Positions 1-9,348 of a stretch of DNA of 64,000 nt are shown here, one piece after another; within the stretch, counting starts at the first letter, position 1, and each line of letters starts with the position of its first letter. The translations under genes and the position numbers were made by a program. The notes beneath the pieces are model-generated. The model had not been told where the DNA came from. It saw only the letters and a program-made list of their open reading frames with translations, and did not search any database. Origin of the DNA: Clostridiales bacterium UBA7568 (lineage in GTDB: Bacteria; Bacillota; Clostridia; Oscillospirales; CAG-272); assembly GCA_002479075.1 (NCBI GenBank), contig DLLG01000011.1, positions 6,331-70,330 of the forward strand. Direction: 5' to 3'.

Positions 1-1412
1 GATGCCATCGGGAAGATCAGAAGAGCCGAAACCGAGCTCGCTCCCGCAATGCAGAGCAAAGGCAAAACAATCCGTCTCAGGACAGGCAGTTTTGCCCCCG
101 TTATATGCAGGAGCCTGCCCGCCGAAAGCGCAACGTTCATCGTTTCCGTTATATAAATGCAGACGATATATCCCGTAATGCCCATTTCCGGAAGAAGAAC
201 GGACACAAGAAGAATACTGACAGCGGCATCCAGAATATTTACACGCATACAGTACAACTGCTGACCAAGCCCCTTCAGCATACCGTCAACAGTTGTGTCA
301 AGATACATAAGCGGTACGGTCGGTGCGAGGAGCTTTATATATTTTGCGGCTTCGGAGCTGTTATATATCAGCATACCGAGCGGTTCCGAAAAACAGATAA
401 ATATCCCTGCCGTGCCGATGCCGAGTAGTAGCGCCGCGCCGCAGGCGCGCCTGACCATATAGCATATCTCCTTATCTCCCTTTATTTTCCCGTTCCTTGC
501 GGAAAGCTCTGATAATTCGGGAATTATCAAAGATGAAAATACCGTGCACAGAGCGGAGGGAAAAAGCAGAACCGGAAGCGCCATTCCGGAGACCGTGCCG
601 TATGCGGAGAGTGAAGCCGCCCTGTCCGCACCGTATTTTTCAAGCCCGCGCGGAATGAGCATATGCTCAACCGTCACAAGCCCGCTGCGCAGACACGACG
701 AAAGCATTATCGGAAGCGCTATCGCAACGACGCTGCCGCATCTGTCCCCCTCGCAAAGCGAAGGATGAAGATGCTTTTTTCTGTCTGCAAGGTAAAATAT
801 GAGAAGATACGAAAATGAAAGTCCCTCCGATATGCTCATCCCGAGCACAAGCGCAAGGCAGGCATATTCCGCCCCGAGCGGACAGAGCTTTCCGAGAAAG
901 AGAACCGTTGTTCCGATCTTTATAAACTGCTCAAACACTCCGGAAAGCGCGCTTTTTGCCGATCGCCTGACGGCATAAAAGTAGCCGGAAAACACGTTTG
1001 AAACGGCAATGAACGGCAAAGCGAAGGCAAGCGTCCGAAAGCACATCGAAACGCTGCCGTCGCCTATCGCCTTTTCCGCAAGCAAGCCCGAAAAAGCAAA
1101 CAGCAATATTCCCGCTCCGCCGCCGAAACATATGGCATAGACAACACATTTTCTGACAGCACGGATGATACCTCCGTCGCAATCCTTTGCCATCGCCTCC
1201 GTCACAAGTCTCGTCACGGCGAGATTTATCCCAGACCCCGCAAGCGTCACGGCAAAAACATAAACGCTCATTATAAGAGAGAACAATCCCATCCCCTCCG
1301 AGCCTATTCCCCGCGCGACGTAGGCGTTGAAAACGACGCTGACCGTTCTCATAAAAATCGAAACAACGCTCAGAAGCAGCGCGCTTTTTACAAATTTACT
1401 GAGTCTTGACAT
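1..1412 (-). CDS. SpoVB/MurJ-type (MOP superfamily) flippase-like membrane protein; 3' end lies outside the window
   Basis: Absent from the ORF track because there is no in-window stop. Manual minus-strand translation from ATG 1412..1410 (GGGAGAAAA upstream) reads MSRLSKFVKSALLLSVVSIFMRTVSVVFNAYVARGIGSEGMGLFSLIMSVYVFAVTLAGSGINLAV... The frame stays open to position 1. The protein is multi-TM with the G.EGMG N-terminal motif typical of SpoVB/MurJ-like proteins. Confidence 0.6.
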   Translation of the reverse strand, partial: MSRLSKFVKSALLLSVVSIFMRTVSVVFNAYVARGIGSEGMGLFSLIMSVYVFAVTLAGSGINLAVTRLVTEAMAKDCDGGIIRAVRKCVVYAICFGGGAGILLFAFSGLLAEKAIGDGSVSMCFRTLAFALPFIAVSNVFSGYFYAVRRSAKSALSGVFEQFIKIGTTVLFLGKLCPLGAEYACLALVLGMSISEGLSFSYLLIFYLADRKKHLHPSLCEGDRCGSVVAIALPIMLSSCLRSGLVTVEHMLIPRGLEKYGADRAASLSAYGTVSGMALPVLLFPSALCTVFSSLIIPELSELSARNGKIKGDKEICYMVRRACGAALLLGIGTAGIFICFSEPLGMLIYNSSEAAKYIKLLAPTVPLMYLDTTVDGMLKGLGQQLYCMRVNILDAAVSILLVSVLLPEMGITGYIVCIYITETMNVALSAGRLLHITGAKLPVLRRIVLPLLCIAGASSVSALLIFPMA

Positions 1413-1509
1413 AAAACCTGTTGTTTTCTCCCGAAATTTTGAGTATAATAAGAGTAGCAATATAAACTTATTCGTTATCTCCGAAAAACATTCTTGCGGG
1501 AGGAAAAGT

Positions 1510-2424
1510 ATGAATATAAAAAGCAAAAAATTGCAGGCGCTGCTGCTCGATGCGGGCGCGCTCGTCATAAGCGGACTTCTTTTCGCCGTCGCATACAATA
1601 TGTTCTTTTTGCCCGGCGAAATATTCATCGGCGGCGCGGGCGGCGTTGCGGAGGTACTGAATTTTCTTTTCGGTCTGCCGACAGGTCTTATGATAATCGC
1701 AATAAACGTGCCGCTGGCTCTGCTCTTCTGCATTTTTTACGGCTACCGTTCCGGCATAAAGAGCTTCATCGGAATAACGGTCACCTCGCTTGCGATAGAT
1801 TTTATAACCTTCCTGCCGCAGGCCTTCCCGCAGCCGAAGGAAAATGCTTTTCTCTGCGCAATCTTCGGCGGTATATCGCTGGGGGCGGCGATCGGTATAC
1901 TGCTTTACAGGGGTTTTACAACGGGCGGCTCGGATTTTGTCGCTCTGCTCATAAAGATACGGGCAAAGGGCATCCCGACGGCTACCCTCATCGCCATAGT
2001 TGACGCTTTCGTCATAATCGGAGCGGCGATTGTAACCAAAAACTTTCTCTCCGTCTTTTATTCGCTCGTCTCCGTGTTGATTTCTTCGCTTATGATCGAA
2101 ACGGTCACCGGCGGCTTTGACAGATCGAAAATGGCGTTTATATTCTCCTCAAAATATGATGAAATCGCATCCGCTGTCGCAGAGAAGATCGGCAGGGGCG
2201 TAACAATGATGGACGGAGAAGGCTGGTATACAAAAGAAAAGAAAAAAATCGTGTTCTGCGTTGTCAAAAAGAATGAAATATTCCTGTTGAAAACAATCGC
2301 CAAGGAGATCGATCCGAAGGCGTTTATCGTCCTCGGCGATTCGACGGAAACCATCGGCGAAGGGTTCAAAGAGGACATCTCGGACAGCTCCTTCAAGCCG
2401 AAGGATTTTAAGAAAAAGTCATAA
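1510..2424 (+). CDS. YitT-family membrane protein (DUF2179 C-terminal domain)
   Basis: Frame of ORF 1327..2424. The internal ATG at 1510 follows GGGAGGAAAAG and gives MNIKSKKLQALLLDAGALVISGLLFAVAYNMF... It has several TM helices followed by a soluble C-terminal domain (GRGVTMMDGEGWYTKEKKKIVFCVV). Confidence 0.75.
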   Translation: MNIKSKKLQALLLDAGALVISGLLFAVAYNMFFLPGEIFIGGAGGVAEVLNFLFGLPTGLMIIAINVPLALLFCIFYGYRSGIKSFIGITVTSLAIDFITFLPQAFPQPKENAFLCAIFGGISLGAAIGILLYRGFTTGGSDFVALLIKIRAKGIPTATLIAIVDAFVIIGAAIVTKNFLSVFYSLVSVLISSLMIETVTGGFDRSKMAFIFSSKYDEIASAVAEKIGRGVTMMDGEGWYTKEKKKIVFCVVKKNEIFLLKTIAKEIDPKAFIVLGDSTETIGEGFKEDISDSSFKPKDFKKKS

Positions 2425-2716
2425 GCGACAAAAACCATAAGTCAAAAGTCTCCCCAGAGGAAGATTTGCAAGGGTGCGGAGCACCACCATTGCAGGCCTC
2501 GCCGAGAGGAGGGATTTGCTGGTTTGCGAAAGCAAGCCAAGCAGGCGTCGCCGAGACGGGTTGGATATGCCGGATTGTATGTCGATAAAGCTGGAATGAC
2601 GGGACGGGAAACCCGTCCCCTACATTGCAACGCCGTATATGCAGGCAATAAAATACTTACACAAACCAATTGCTAAAGTTTCTTTTGCCCTACTTTTCAA
2701 GCATAACAAAACAAAA

Positions 2717-2749
2717 ACAGAGATGAAAAATCATCTCTGTTTTCTTTTT
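2717..2749. terminator. Bidirectional rho-independent terminator
   Basis: Perfect 10-bp stem acagagatga / tcatctctgt with an aaaa loop. A T-run follows on the + strand and an A-run precedes it (a T-run on the - strand). It lies just beyond the stop of the minus-strand lipoprotein gene. Confidence 0.6.
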
Positions 2750-2816
2750 ATAAAGTTTTACCAGACAAATAACCAACGTTTCTTTTGCCTACTTTTCTTT
2801 CCAAAGAAAAGTACGG

Positions 2817-4628
2817 TCAATAAACGCTTAGAGTTACGAGCTGTGCGGGGAACTGGGAAACACCAATCTTCGCTGCGTTATCGCCTGTGATATAGGATGT
2901 CGCGCTTGCGCTGATCGTGTTGTATGTGTTGTATGTGCCGAGGTATCTGTCTTCGCCTGCTACGTTTGTGATGAAGATATGAAGCTCTTCGTTCCAAGTG
3001 TATACTGCGGTCGGCTCTGTTGTAAGGCGGATGCCTGCTTTGCCTTCCTTGTATTCGTAAATATCAATATATGTCTTTGCGTCGCCTGCCATAAAGTAGA
3101 GACGATAGCCGCCTTCAACAGCTTCAACGAATACATCGGCAGCTGCTGCCGCGCTGGTTGTTGTTGCGAGGTAGTTGCCGCTCATTTCGCCTGTGAAATA
3201 GAGAGTCTTTTCAAGGTTGCCCTGAACGAGAGAGAACTTATAAGCCTTGCCTGCTGCGGGAGCTTCGGCAACTGTTCTCGTATACTCGATCGCATAGAGA
3301 TATGCGGGGAACTGGGAAACGCCGATCTTCGCCGCGTTGTCGCCTGTGATATAAGATGTTGCGCTTGCGCTGATCGTGTTGTATGTGTTGTATGTGCCGA
3401 GGTATCTGTCTTCACCTGCTACGTTTGTGATGAAGATATGAAGCTCTTCGTTCCAGGTATATACTGCGGTCGGCTCTGTTGTAAGGCGGATGCCTGCTTT
3501 GCCTTCCTTGTATTCGTGGATATCAATATAGGTCTTTGCGTCGCCTGCCATAAAGTAGAGACGATAACCGCCTTCAACAGCTTCAACATATACGTCAACT
3601 GCCTTGGAAATGCTTTCTGTTGTTGCGAGGTAGTTGCCGCTCATTGCGCCTGTGAAATAGAGAGTCTTTTCAAGGTTGCCCTGAACAAGACCGAACTTAA
3701 AGGCTGTATCCGTTGCAACTTCTGTTATAGCGGATTTTTTGATCTCAACCTTATAAAGGTATGCGGGAAACTGGGAAACGCCGATCTTCGCCGCGTTGTC
3801 GCCTGTGATATAAGATGTTGCGCTTGCGCTGATCGTGTTGTATGTGTTGTATGTGCCGAGGTATCTGTCTTCGCCTGCTACGTTTGTGATGAAGATATGG
3901 AGCTCTTCGTTCCAGGTGTATACTGCGGTCGGCTCTGTTGTGAGGCGGACGCCTGCTTTGCCTTCCTTGTATTCGTAAACATCAATGTATGTCTTTACGT
4001 CTTCTGCGAAGAAGTAGAGACGATAGCCGCCTTCAACAGCTTCAACGTAAACGTCAGCTGCCGCCATAGCGTCTTCTGTTGTTGCGAGGTAGGTGCCGCT
4101 CATAGAACCTGCGAAAAAGAGAGTCTTTTCAAGGCTGCCCTGAACGAGACCGAACTTGAAGGCTGTGTCTGTCTTTACTTCTTTTACAACTTCAAGACCG
4201 CCTGCCTTCGGAACAGCGGGAACATAATGAGTAAATGTTACGGACTTTGACTCTTCGCCCTTTTTGATTGTTGCCGTGAGCTCGTAACGAAGCTCTTCTT
4301 CGGGAGTTTCGTTCATTTCGATTGTAACAATCTTGTCTCCGGGAACGATTTTGATACCGTCTTCGGGACCTGTAAGCACTTTTACTGTCCATTCAACATC
4401 AAAAGTTTCTCCGTTGATGGTTACAACGCTTACACGTTTGAAGGGTCTGGGAGTTTTTTCAGCGGCAGCATCATACATTGCGCGAATATACCGCTTTGCG
4501 TTTTCAAGTGTGTCAACCTCTTCGATATTCGGAGCTTCCGTTGTTGTCTGCGACGGATTTGTTCCGCATCCCGCAAAGATCACCGCACAAAAAGTGAGTG
4601 CCAAAAGGAAAGCTATGATTCTTTTCAT
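2817..4628 (-). CDS. Lipoprotein with three tandem 153-aa repeats, function unknown
   Basis: 603-aa ORF with lipobox signal MKRIIAFLLALTFCAVIFAGC. A 144-aa unique N-terminal part is followed by three near-identical 153-aa units (AFKFGLVQGxLEKTLYFxGxMSGxYLATT...YNTYNTISASATSYITGDNAAKIGVSQFPA). I do not recognise the family. Confidence 0.85.
   Translation of the reverse strand: MKRIIAFLLALTFCAVIFAGCGTNPSQTTTEAPNIEEVDTLENAKRYIRAMYDAAAEKTPRPFKRVSVVTINGETFDVEWTVKVLTGPEDGIKIVPGDKIVTIEMNETPEEELRYELTATIKKGEESKSVTFTHYVPAVPKAGGLEVVKEVKTDTAFKFGLVQGSLEKTLFFAGSMSGTYLATTEDAMAAADVYVEAVEGGYRLYFFAEDVKTYIDVYEYKEGKAGVRLTTEPTAVYTWNEELHIFITNVAGEDRYLGTYNTYNTISASATSYITGDNAAKIGVSQFPAYLYKVEIKKSAITEVATDTAFKFGLVQGNLEKTLYFTGAMSGNYLATTESISKAVDVYVEAVEGGYRLYFMAGDAKTYIDIHEYKEGKAGIRLTTEPTAVYTWNEELHIFITNVAGEDRYLGTYNTYNTISASATSYITGDNAAKIGVSQFPAYLYAIEYTRTVAEAPAAGKAYKFSLVQGNLEKTLYFTGEMSGNYLATTTSAAAAADVFVEAVEGGYRLYFMAGDAKTYIDIYEYKEGKAGIRLTTEPTAVYTWNEELHIFITNVAGEDRYLGTYNTYNTISASATSYITGDNAAKIGVSQFPAQLVTLSVY
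2820..4196 (-). repeat. 3 x 459-bp in-frame tandem repeat inside the lipoprotein CDS
   Basis: The string aactgggaaac(a/g)cc(a/g)atcttcgc(t/c)gcgtt(a/g)tcgcctgtgatata(g/a)gatgt recurs at 2851, 3310 and 3769. The period is exactly 459 bp, with long identical runs between copies. Confidence 0.9.
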
Positions 4629-4647
4629 TTTTATCTCCTCATAAAAT

Positions 4648-5994
4648 TTAATTGTTGATCGTTATATCGTCTGCCGATAAAACCTTTATCTGATATTCGC
4701 CGTCGTAATGATCCACTATGCCTCTTACACTTATATTTTTGCCTTCATATCTCTCCGCTGTGACAAGCTTGCCGTCCTTACCCATAAGAACCGCCGTGCG
4801 TACTGTGACGGTTACCCCGTCTTTTTCGCAGGTGATCGTCATCGCCCCTTTTGAGGAGCTGTCGTCGGAGGAGGTTGTATATATGCTTTTGACGGTGAGA
4901 TCTTCCATCGAAACGCTTGTGTAAAGCGAAAGCTCTGCAAAACGGTATTCCTTGCCGCCGTCTTCGAGGGTGACCATACCGCTTGCAAATTTTTCAGCCG
5001 ACACCAAAGCAAACGCAGGCTTATGCCCATCGCTTATCTTTTTGATATTGTTTGGGTCGTCCGGCTTCATCTGACGGTACGTAAGTCCTGAGACCTGATA
5101 GCTGTCGCCCGCCTCATAATACTGCACCGTGCCGACGATTCTCGCCCTGTTGCCGACGGAAATTATCGAAAGCCCCGCTCCGGAGAGCCCGAAGCCGTAA
5201 TAAACGGTCATACCGAAATACAAGCCGGAATCGGAGTCGTAATCTTCGATATAAACGCTTCTTCCGTCGTTACGGGTGATAATGCCTTCAAAAGCAACCT
5301 TTGTGTTTGTGTAATCAGATACGTTGAGCCGCAGCTCTCTGAGCGTCAGCTCAACCGCGTCGCCATAGTAGAAATCGGGGTCCTTTTCGCCCGAATAAAC
5401 ATTGAGTTTTTCCGCTCTTGCCTGCGCCAGAGCCGAAAGGCAGATGCTTCCGTAACGGTTGTTTCCCGTTGAGGAAGCAGCGGCAAGACCGTTTTGAAGA
5501 ATTTCAAGGTTCAGATTTCTGTATTCTCCGTCCTCGCTTTCCTTATACCAGACCCAGACAAGATATCTTGAGTTGGTCGAATCGCGATTCCATTTATCAT
5601 CGTCCGATTCGACAATGATACTGACAGCGGAGGACAGCTTCGCCCTTGTGAATTCGGAAGCCTTTTTGCCGTATTCTTCGATTTTTCCCGTCGATTCCGG
5701 AGTGTCTATCGCAAGGTATCTTGCTTTAAGGACACCGCCTTCGATGACGTCCTCCGGAACGTGAAAATGCGTTGTGTCACCGTCGACATAGGTCTTTACG
5801 GTCACGACCTGCTTTTTCGTTTCGGAATTCATATTGAGCTTCAGCTCGGATACATAATCCTTCTTTTCAATCTGCGCCGTTCCTCCGGCGGAGGAGGTGG
5901 TTGTTGAACCGCCTTCCCCGGGAGTACACGAAGAAAGACAAAGGATAACGATTATCAGAGCCAGCAAAAGCGAAAGTACTCTTTTTGTTTTCAT
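4648..5994 (-). CDS. Secreted thermonuclease (SNase) family lipoprotein with a C-terminal OB-fold-like extension
   Basis: 448 aa with lipobox LLALIIVILCLSSC. SNase-like motifs are VDGDTTHFHV, ARYLAIDTPES, YLVWVWY and NLEILQNGLA. A long beta-rich C-terminal region follows. Confidence 0.8.
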   Translation of the reverse strand: MKTKRVLSLLLALIIVILCLSSCTPGEGGSTTTSSAGGTAQIEKKDYVSELKLNMNSETKKQVVTVKTYVDGDTTHFHVPEDVIEGGVLKARYLAIDTPESTGKIEEYGKKASEFTRAKLSSAVSIIVESDDDKWNRDSTNSRYLVWVWYKESEDGEYRNLNLEILQNGLAAASSTGNNRYGSICLSALAQARAEKLNVYSGEKDPDFYYGDAVELTLRELRLNVSDYTNTKVAFEGIITRNDGRSVYIEDYDSDSGLYFGMTVYYGFGLSGAGLSIISVGNRARIVGTVQYYEAGDSYQVSGLTYRQMKPDDPNNIKKISDGHKPAFALVSAEKFASGMVTLEDGGKEYRFAELSLYTSVSMEDLTVKSIYTTSSDDSSSKGAMTITCEKDGVTVTVRTAVLMGKDGKLVTAERYEGKNISVRGIVDHYDGEYQIKVLSADDITINN

Positions 5995-6018
5995 CTGTTT
6001 ATTTGCTTTCGGAAATTA

Positions 6019-7443
6019 TCAATATTCGCATTCTTCGATTGCGTCTTCGAACGCTTTCTTTATCATAGCGTCAACGTCGCCGCCGTCATCTGCGGAGAGA
6101 CACTTTGCAAGAAGTGCACCGACCTGATCGCGGGCCTTGGACGAGCCGTTGAATGCGGGAGATGTGTAATATGCTTCTTCCTGTTCAAGACATACCTTTG
6201 CGGAGAGAGCGGCGATGTTTGTTCCGCCGTTTGCGCCGTCGATGAACGCCTTGTATTCCGCGTTGTCGGAAACGGACTTGATTACGGGAACGTAACCGGA
6301 AGCCATTGAGAATTCAGCCTGGAATTCAACCGTTGTTGCAAGGTACTTGACGAAGAGCCAGGAAGCAACTACTTCCTGAGGATTCTGGTTTGCCTTCTTG
6401 AAGATGCAAAGGCTGGGTCCCTGGGAAATAACCTTCTTGTTTGTTGCGCTTACCTGAGGGATTGTCGTTATGCCTACGTCAAACGGATATGAACCGTCTG
6501 CATTTGCTGTCGGACGCTGGTGTGTTGCACCTGCGGAAGAACCAATAGACATATAGCTCTTTACTTCGTTTGTCGAAGTGAAGAGGCCGGATGTATAGTT
6601 GCCGTAGATTTTCTGAGTTGTGAGGTAGCCCTTCTGGTACCAGTCTCTGAACATCTTGACAAAGTTTCTGTTTGTTTCGTTATTGAAGAGGAAATGATCG
6701 CCTGTTGCGCTTGTGTAGTCGGAGTCGTACTGTTCGCACATTGTGATGAACCAGTTTGCTTCGCTGTCATAGCCGAGCGGAATGCTCTTTGGGTCGATCT
6801 CTTTGATCTTCTTGCAAAGAGCTTCCATCTCTTCCCAGGTTGTGGGCGGGGTGAGGTTGTGCTCTGCGAAGAAAGTTGCGTTGTAATAAAGAACCTCTGT
6901 TGACTTGGAAAGAGGCATTGTGTACATAAGTCCGTCGCCGAACTGTTTGCCTTCGTTGTAATAGCCTTCGATAAAGTCAGCTATCTGAGCCTCTGTAAGT
7001 CCGAGAGTTTCCTTTGAGCCGTCTGCTCTTGTGATTTCAATCTTGCTGTTTATAAGGCTGTCAAGAGTGATAACGGAGCCTGCAAGGTTGTAAAGAGCAA
7101 CGTGATCCGGATAGCAGTACGCGATGTTGGGCTGAGCGCCTGTTGTAATCTCGGTGCTTATCTGGTCTCTTACGTCATCATAACCGCCGATCTTTGTGTG
7201 CTCGATGTGGATGTTGGGGTAGAGCTTATTGAAATCAGCGATATAAGTTTCGAGAACGTCAGTAAGATTCGAGCCCATTGTGTGATAAAACGTGATTGTA
7301 ACGTCGCTGCCGTCATATCCTACTTCGGGGACTTCAAAGTTACCGACTTTTTTGTCTCCGTTCGGATCCGGCTTCGTTCCGCACGAGAACAGCATTGTCA
7401 TCGTGAGAGCGAGAAGCATAATGATTGCCAAAAACTTCTTCAT
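6019..7443 (-). CDS. ABC transporter substrate-binding lipoprotein (family-1, sugar-type)
   Basis: 474 aa with lipobox TMLFSCG. Size and composition fit extracellular solute-binding protein family 1. It is adjacent to MalFG-type permeases. Confidence 0.8.
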   Translation of the reverse strand: MKKFLAIIMLLALTMTMLFSCGTKPDPNGDKKVGNFEVPEVGYDGSDVTITFYHTMGSNLTDVLETYIADFNKLYPNIHIEHTKIGGYDDVRDQISTEITTGAQPNIAYCYPDHVALYNLAGSVITLDSLINSKIEITRADGSKETLGLTEAQIADFIEGYYNEGKQFGDGLMYTMPLSKSTEVLYYNATFFAEHNLTPPTTWEEMEALCKKIKEIDPKSIPLGYDSEANWFITMCEQYDSDYTSATGDHFLFNNETNRNFVKMFRDWYQKGYLTTQKIYGNYTSGLFTSTNEVKSYMSIGSSAGATHQRPTANADGSYPFDVGITTIPQVSATNKKVISQGPSLCIFKKANQNPQEVVASWLFVKYLATTVEFQAEFSMASGYVPVIKSVSDNAEYKAFIDGANGGTNIAALSAKVCLEQEEAYYTSPAFNGSSKARDQVGALLAKCLSADDGGDVDAMIKKAFEDAIEECEY

Positions 7444-7497
7444 AACTGGTTTTTTCCTCCAAAAATTTTTGTTTTATGTTAAAAGCCCTGCGGCTGT

Positions 7498-8388
7498 TTA
7501 ACCTTTGATACCGCTTCTGCTGACACCCTTCATAATGTATTTCCTGAGGAATACAAATACGAGGAAAAGCGGGAATGATACTATGGCGACAGCCGCCATC
7601 TGAACAGGATAGTTTACGTCGCCCGTCGTTTCCGTAAAGGCGTTGCGCAAACCGTTTGTTATCATCTGGTGAGCTTCGTCGTTTGCAACGAGGCGGGGCC
7701 AGATATATGAGTTCCAGGCACCCATCATTTTGAGAATCGTAATCGAGATGAGCGTCGGGAGGGAGAGCGGGATCATAACCTTCCAGAGGTATTTGATGTC
7801 GCTCGTGCCGTCAACCTTGGCGGCAAGATAGAGCTCGTTCGGTATCTGCAGGAAGTTCTGGCGGAGAAGATATATATAGAATACGCTGACAAGGAACGGC
7901 ACTATGAGAACAGTGTATGTGTTTTTCCAGCCGAGACCGGAAACCGTTATATAGTTTGTGATTGTGAAAAGCTCGCCGGGGATCATCATCGTCGCAAGGA
8001 GAGCGGCAAAGAGGACGTTCTTGCCCTTGAATTCAAGCCTTGCGAAAGCGAATGCGGAAAGCACCGTTATCACAAGGGAGAGAATCGTCGATACAAGCCC
8101 GACATAAAGGGTGTTGAGGAAGAGTCTTCCGAGATTTGCGGTTGTAAAAGCCTCCGCATAGTTTGAGAAGAGAATTCTGTTCGGCCAGAAGGTCGGAATG
8201 CTCCGTCTGTATTCATCAAGGCTTTTAAGGGATGAGTTCAGCATCCAATAAAAGGGGAACAGGACAGCGAGTGCCATAAATATCAGGAAAGCATAAATGA
8301 GAATGATAACCAGCGCTTTGACAACCTTCTGCTTTGCCGATACCTTCTGCATATCCCTTTCGTGCATTGTTGAAATATTACTTTTCAT
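7498..8388 (-). CDS. Carbohydrate-type ABC transporter permease (MalG-like)
   Basis: 296 aa with 6 TM helices and EAA loop LAAKVDGTSDIKYLWKVMIPLSLP. Confidence 0.85.
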   Translation of the reverse strand: MKSNISTMHERDMQKVSAKQKVVKALVIILIYAFLIFMALAVLFPFYWMLNSSLKSLDEYRRSIPTFWPNRILFSNYAEAFTTANLGRLFLNTLYVGLVSTILSLVITVLSAFAFARLEFKGKNVLFAALLATMMIPGELFTITNYITVSGLGWKNTYTVLIVPFLVSVFYIYLLRQNFLQIPNELYLAAKVDGTSDIKYLWKVMIPLSLPTLISITILKMMGAWNSYIWPRLVANDEAHQMITNGLRNAFTETTGDVNYPVQMAAVAIVSFPLFLVFVFLRKYIMKGVSRSGIKG

Positions 8389-8401
8389 TTCCGCCCTCCT
8401 C

Positions 8402-9346
8402 TCAATAATGAACTTTCTTCTTGCTTACATAGAGGTTTATAAGCGTTACGATAAGAATTATTACGAACAGTATCAATGCGGCGGCGCTCGCTCTTCCCTG
8501 CTTGTTTGTGCTGAGCGAGTCATATATGAAGCCGACCATTGTGTTCAGACGTTTCGAATCGTGAACCGGTCCCATAGTGTCTCCGAAAATACCGACGATG
8601 CTCGTATATTCCTTGAAACCGCCGATAAATCCCGTGATGACGACGTATGCGATCATCGGGGAAAGGAGCGGAACGGTTATTCTTGTGAATACGCGTGCTC
8701 TCGGCGTTCCGTCAACTCTTGCCGCGTCATAATACTGCTTGTTTATGCTCTGAAGTCCGCCGAGGAGGATAAGTATCTTGAACGGAAGCGCATTCCATAC
8801 GATGTAAATAATCATAACCGTCATATTCGCGGCGTATGTCGAGCCGGCATTTATCCAGTTGACTGCGTGCCCGCCGAAAAATTCGATTATGTTGTTTATG
8901 ATACCTGCGGTAACGATGATGTCGTTTCCCTTTGTGCCGAGGTTGCCGACGATGTTGAACATTGCAGCGAACACCATACCGATTGCGATCGAGTTTGTTA
9001 CGTAAGGAAGGAAGAATATTGTCTGCAATACCTTCTGAAGGGGCTTTATGGAGTTGAGACATACGGCGATGAGAAGTGCGAGAAACGACGATATAAGAAC
9101 AGTCGGCACGCAGATGAGCACCGTATTTTTAAGACATTTCAGAAAGCTCTTGTATTTGATGACCTTTGTGAAATTTCCGATACCGAACTGAAAGACCCTT
9201 CCGCCGATGGCTTCAAGGCCGCTGTAATCCTCGAGAAACGCCATACGCACGGTGTTTATTATGGGCCACACCGTGAAAACAAGCAGCAGGACTATCGCCG
9301 GCGAGAGATAGAGCCACGCTTTCCATTGTTGTTTGCTTTCGACCAT
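8402..9346 (-). CDS. Carbohydrate-type ABC transporter permease (MalF-like)
   Basis: 314 aa, multi-TM, with EAA loop DAARVDGTPRARVFTRITVPLLSP. Confidence 0.85.
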   Translation of the reverse strand: MVESKQQWKAWLYLSPAIVLLLVFTVWPIINTVRMAFLEDYSGLEAIGGRVFQFGIGNFTKVIKYKSFLKCLKNTVLICVPTVLISSFLALLIAVCLNSIKPLQKVLQTIFFLPYVTNSIAIGMVFAAMFNIVGNLGTKGNDIIVTAGIINNIIEFFGGHAVNWINAGSTYAANMTVMIIYIVWNALPFKILILLGGLQSINKQYYDAARVDGTPRARVFTRITVPLLSPMIAYVVITGFIGGFKEYTSIVGIFGDTMGPVHDSKRLNTMVGFIYDSLSTNKQGRASAAALILFVIILIVTLINLYVSKKKVHY

Positions 9347-9348
9347 TT

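Noticed and set aside
1406-1449. TTGACA (1406-1411) and TATAAT (1444-1449) between the divergent SpoVB-like and yitT genes
   Set aside because: The hexamers are 32 nt apart, too far for a single sigma-A promoter. TTGACA also overlaps the start codon region of the minus-strand gene. They were not called as a promoter pair.
2820-4196. Regularly spaced repeats that could suggest a CRISPR array
   Set aside because: The period is 459 bp with no short repeat/spacer alternation, and the repeats are in-frame coding sequence. I saw no CRISPR-like array anywhere in the window.
2979-4250. 423-aa Cys-rich plus-strand ORF (also 3182..3415 and 4192..4392)
   Set aside because: It lies antisense to the triple-repeat lipoprotein gene, and its own repeats simply mirror the coding repeats. 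It has no RBS and an implausible Cys/Val/Ala composition. It is a shadow ORF.
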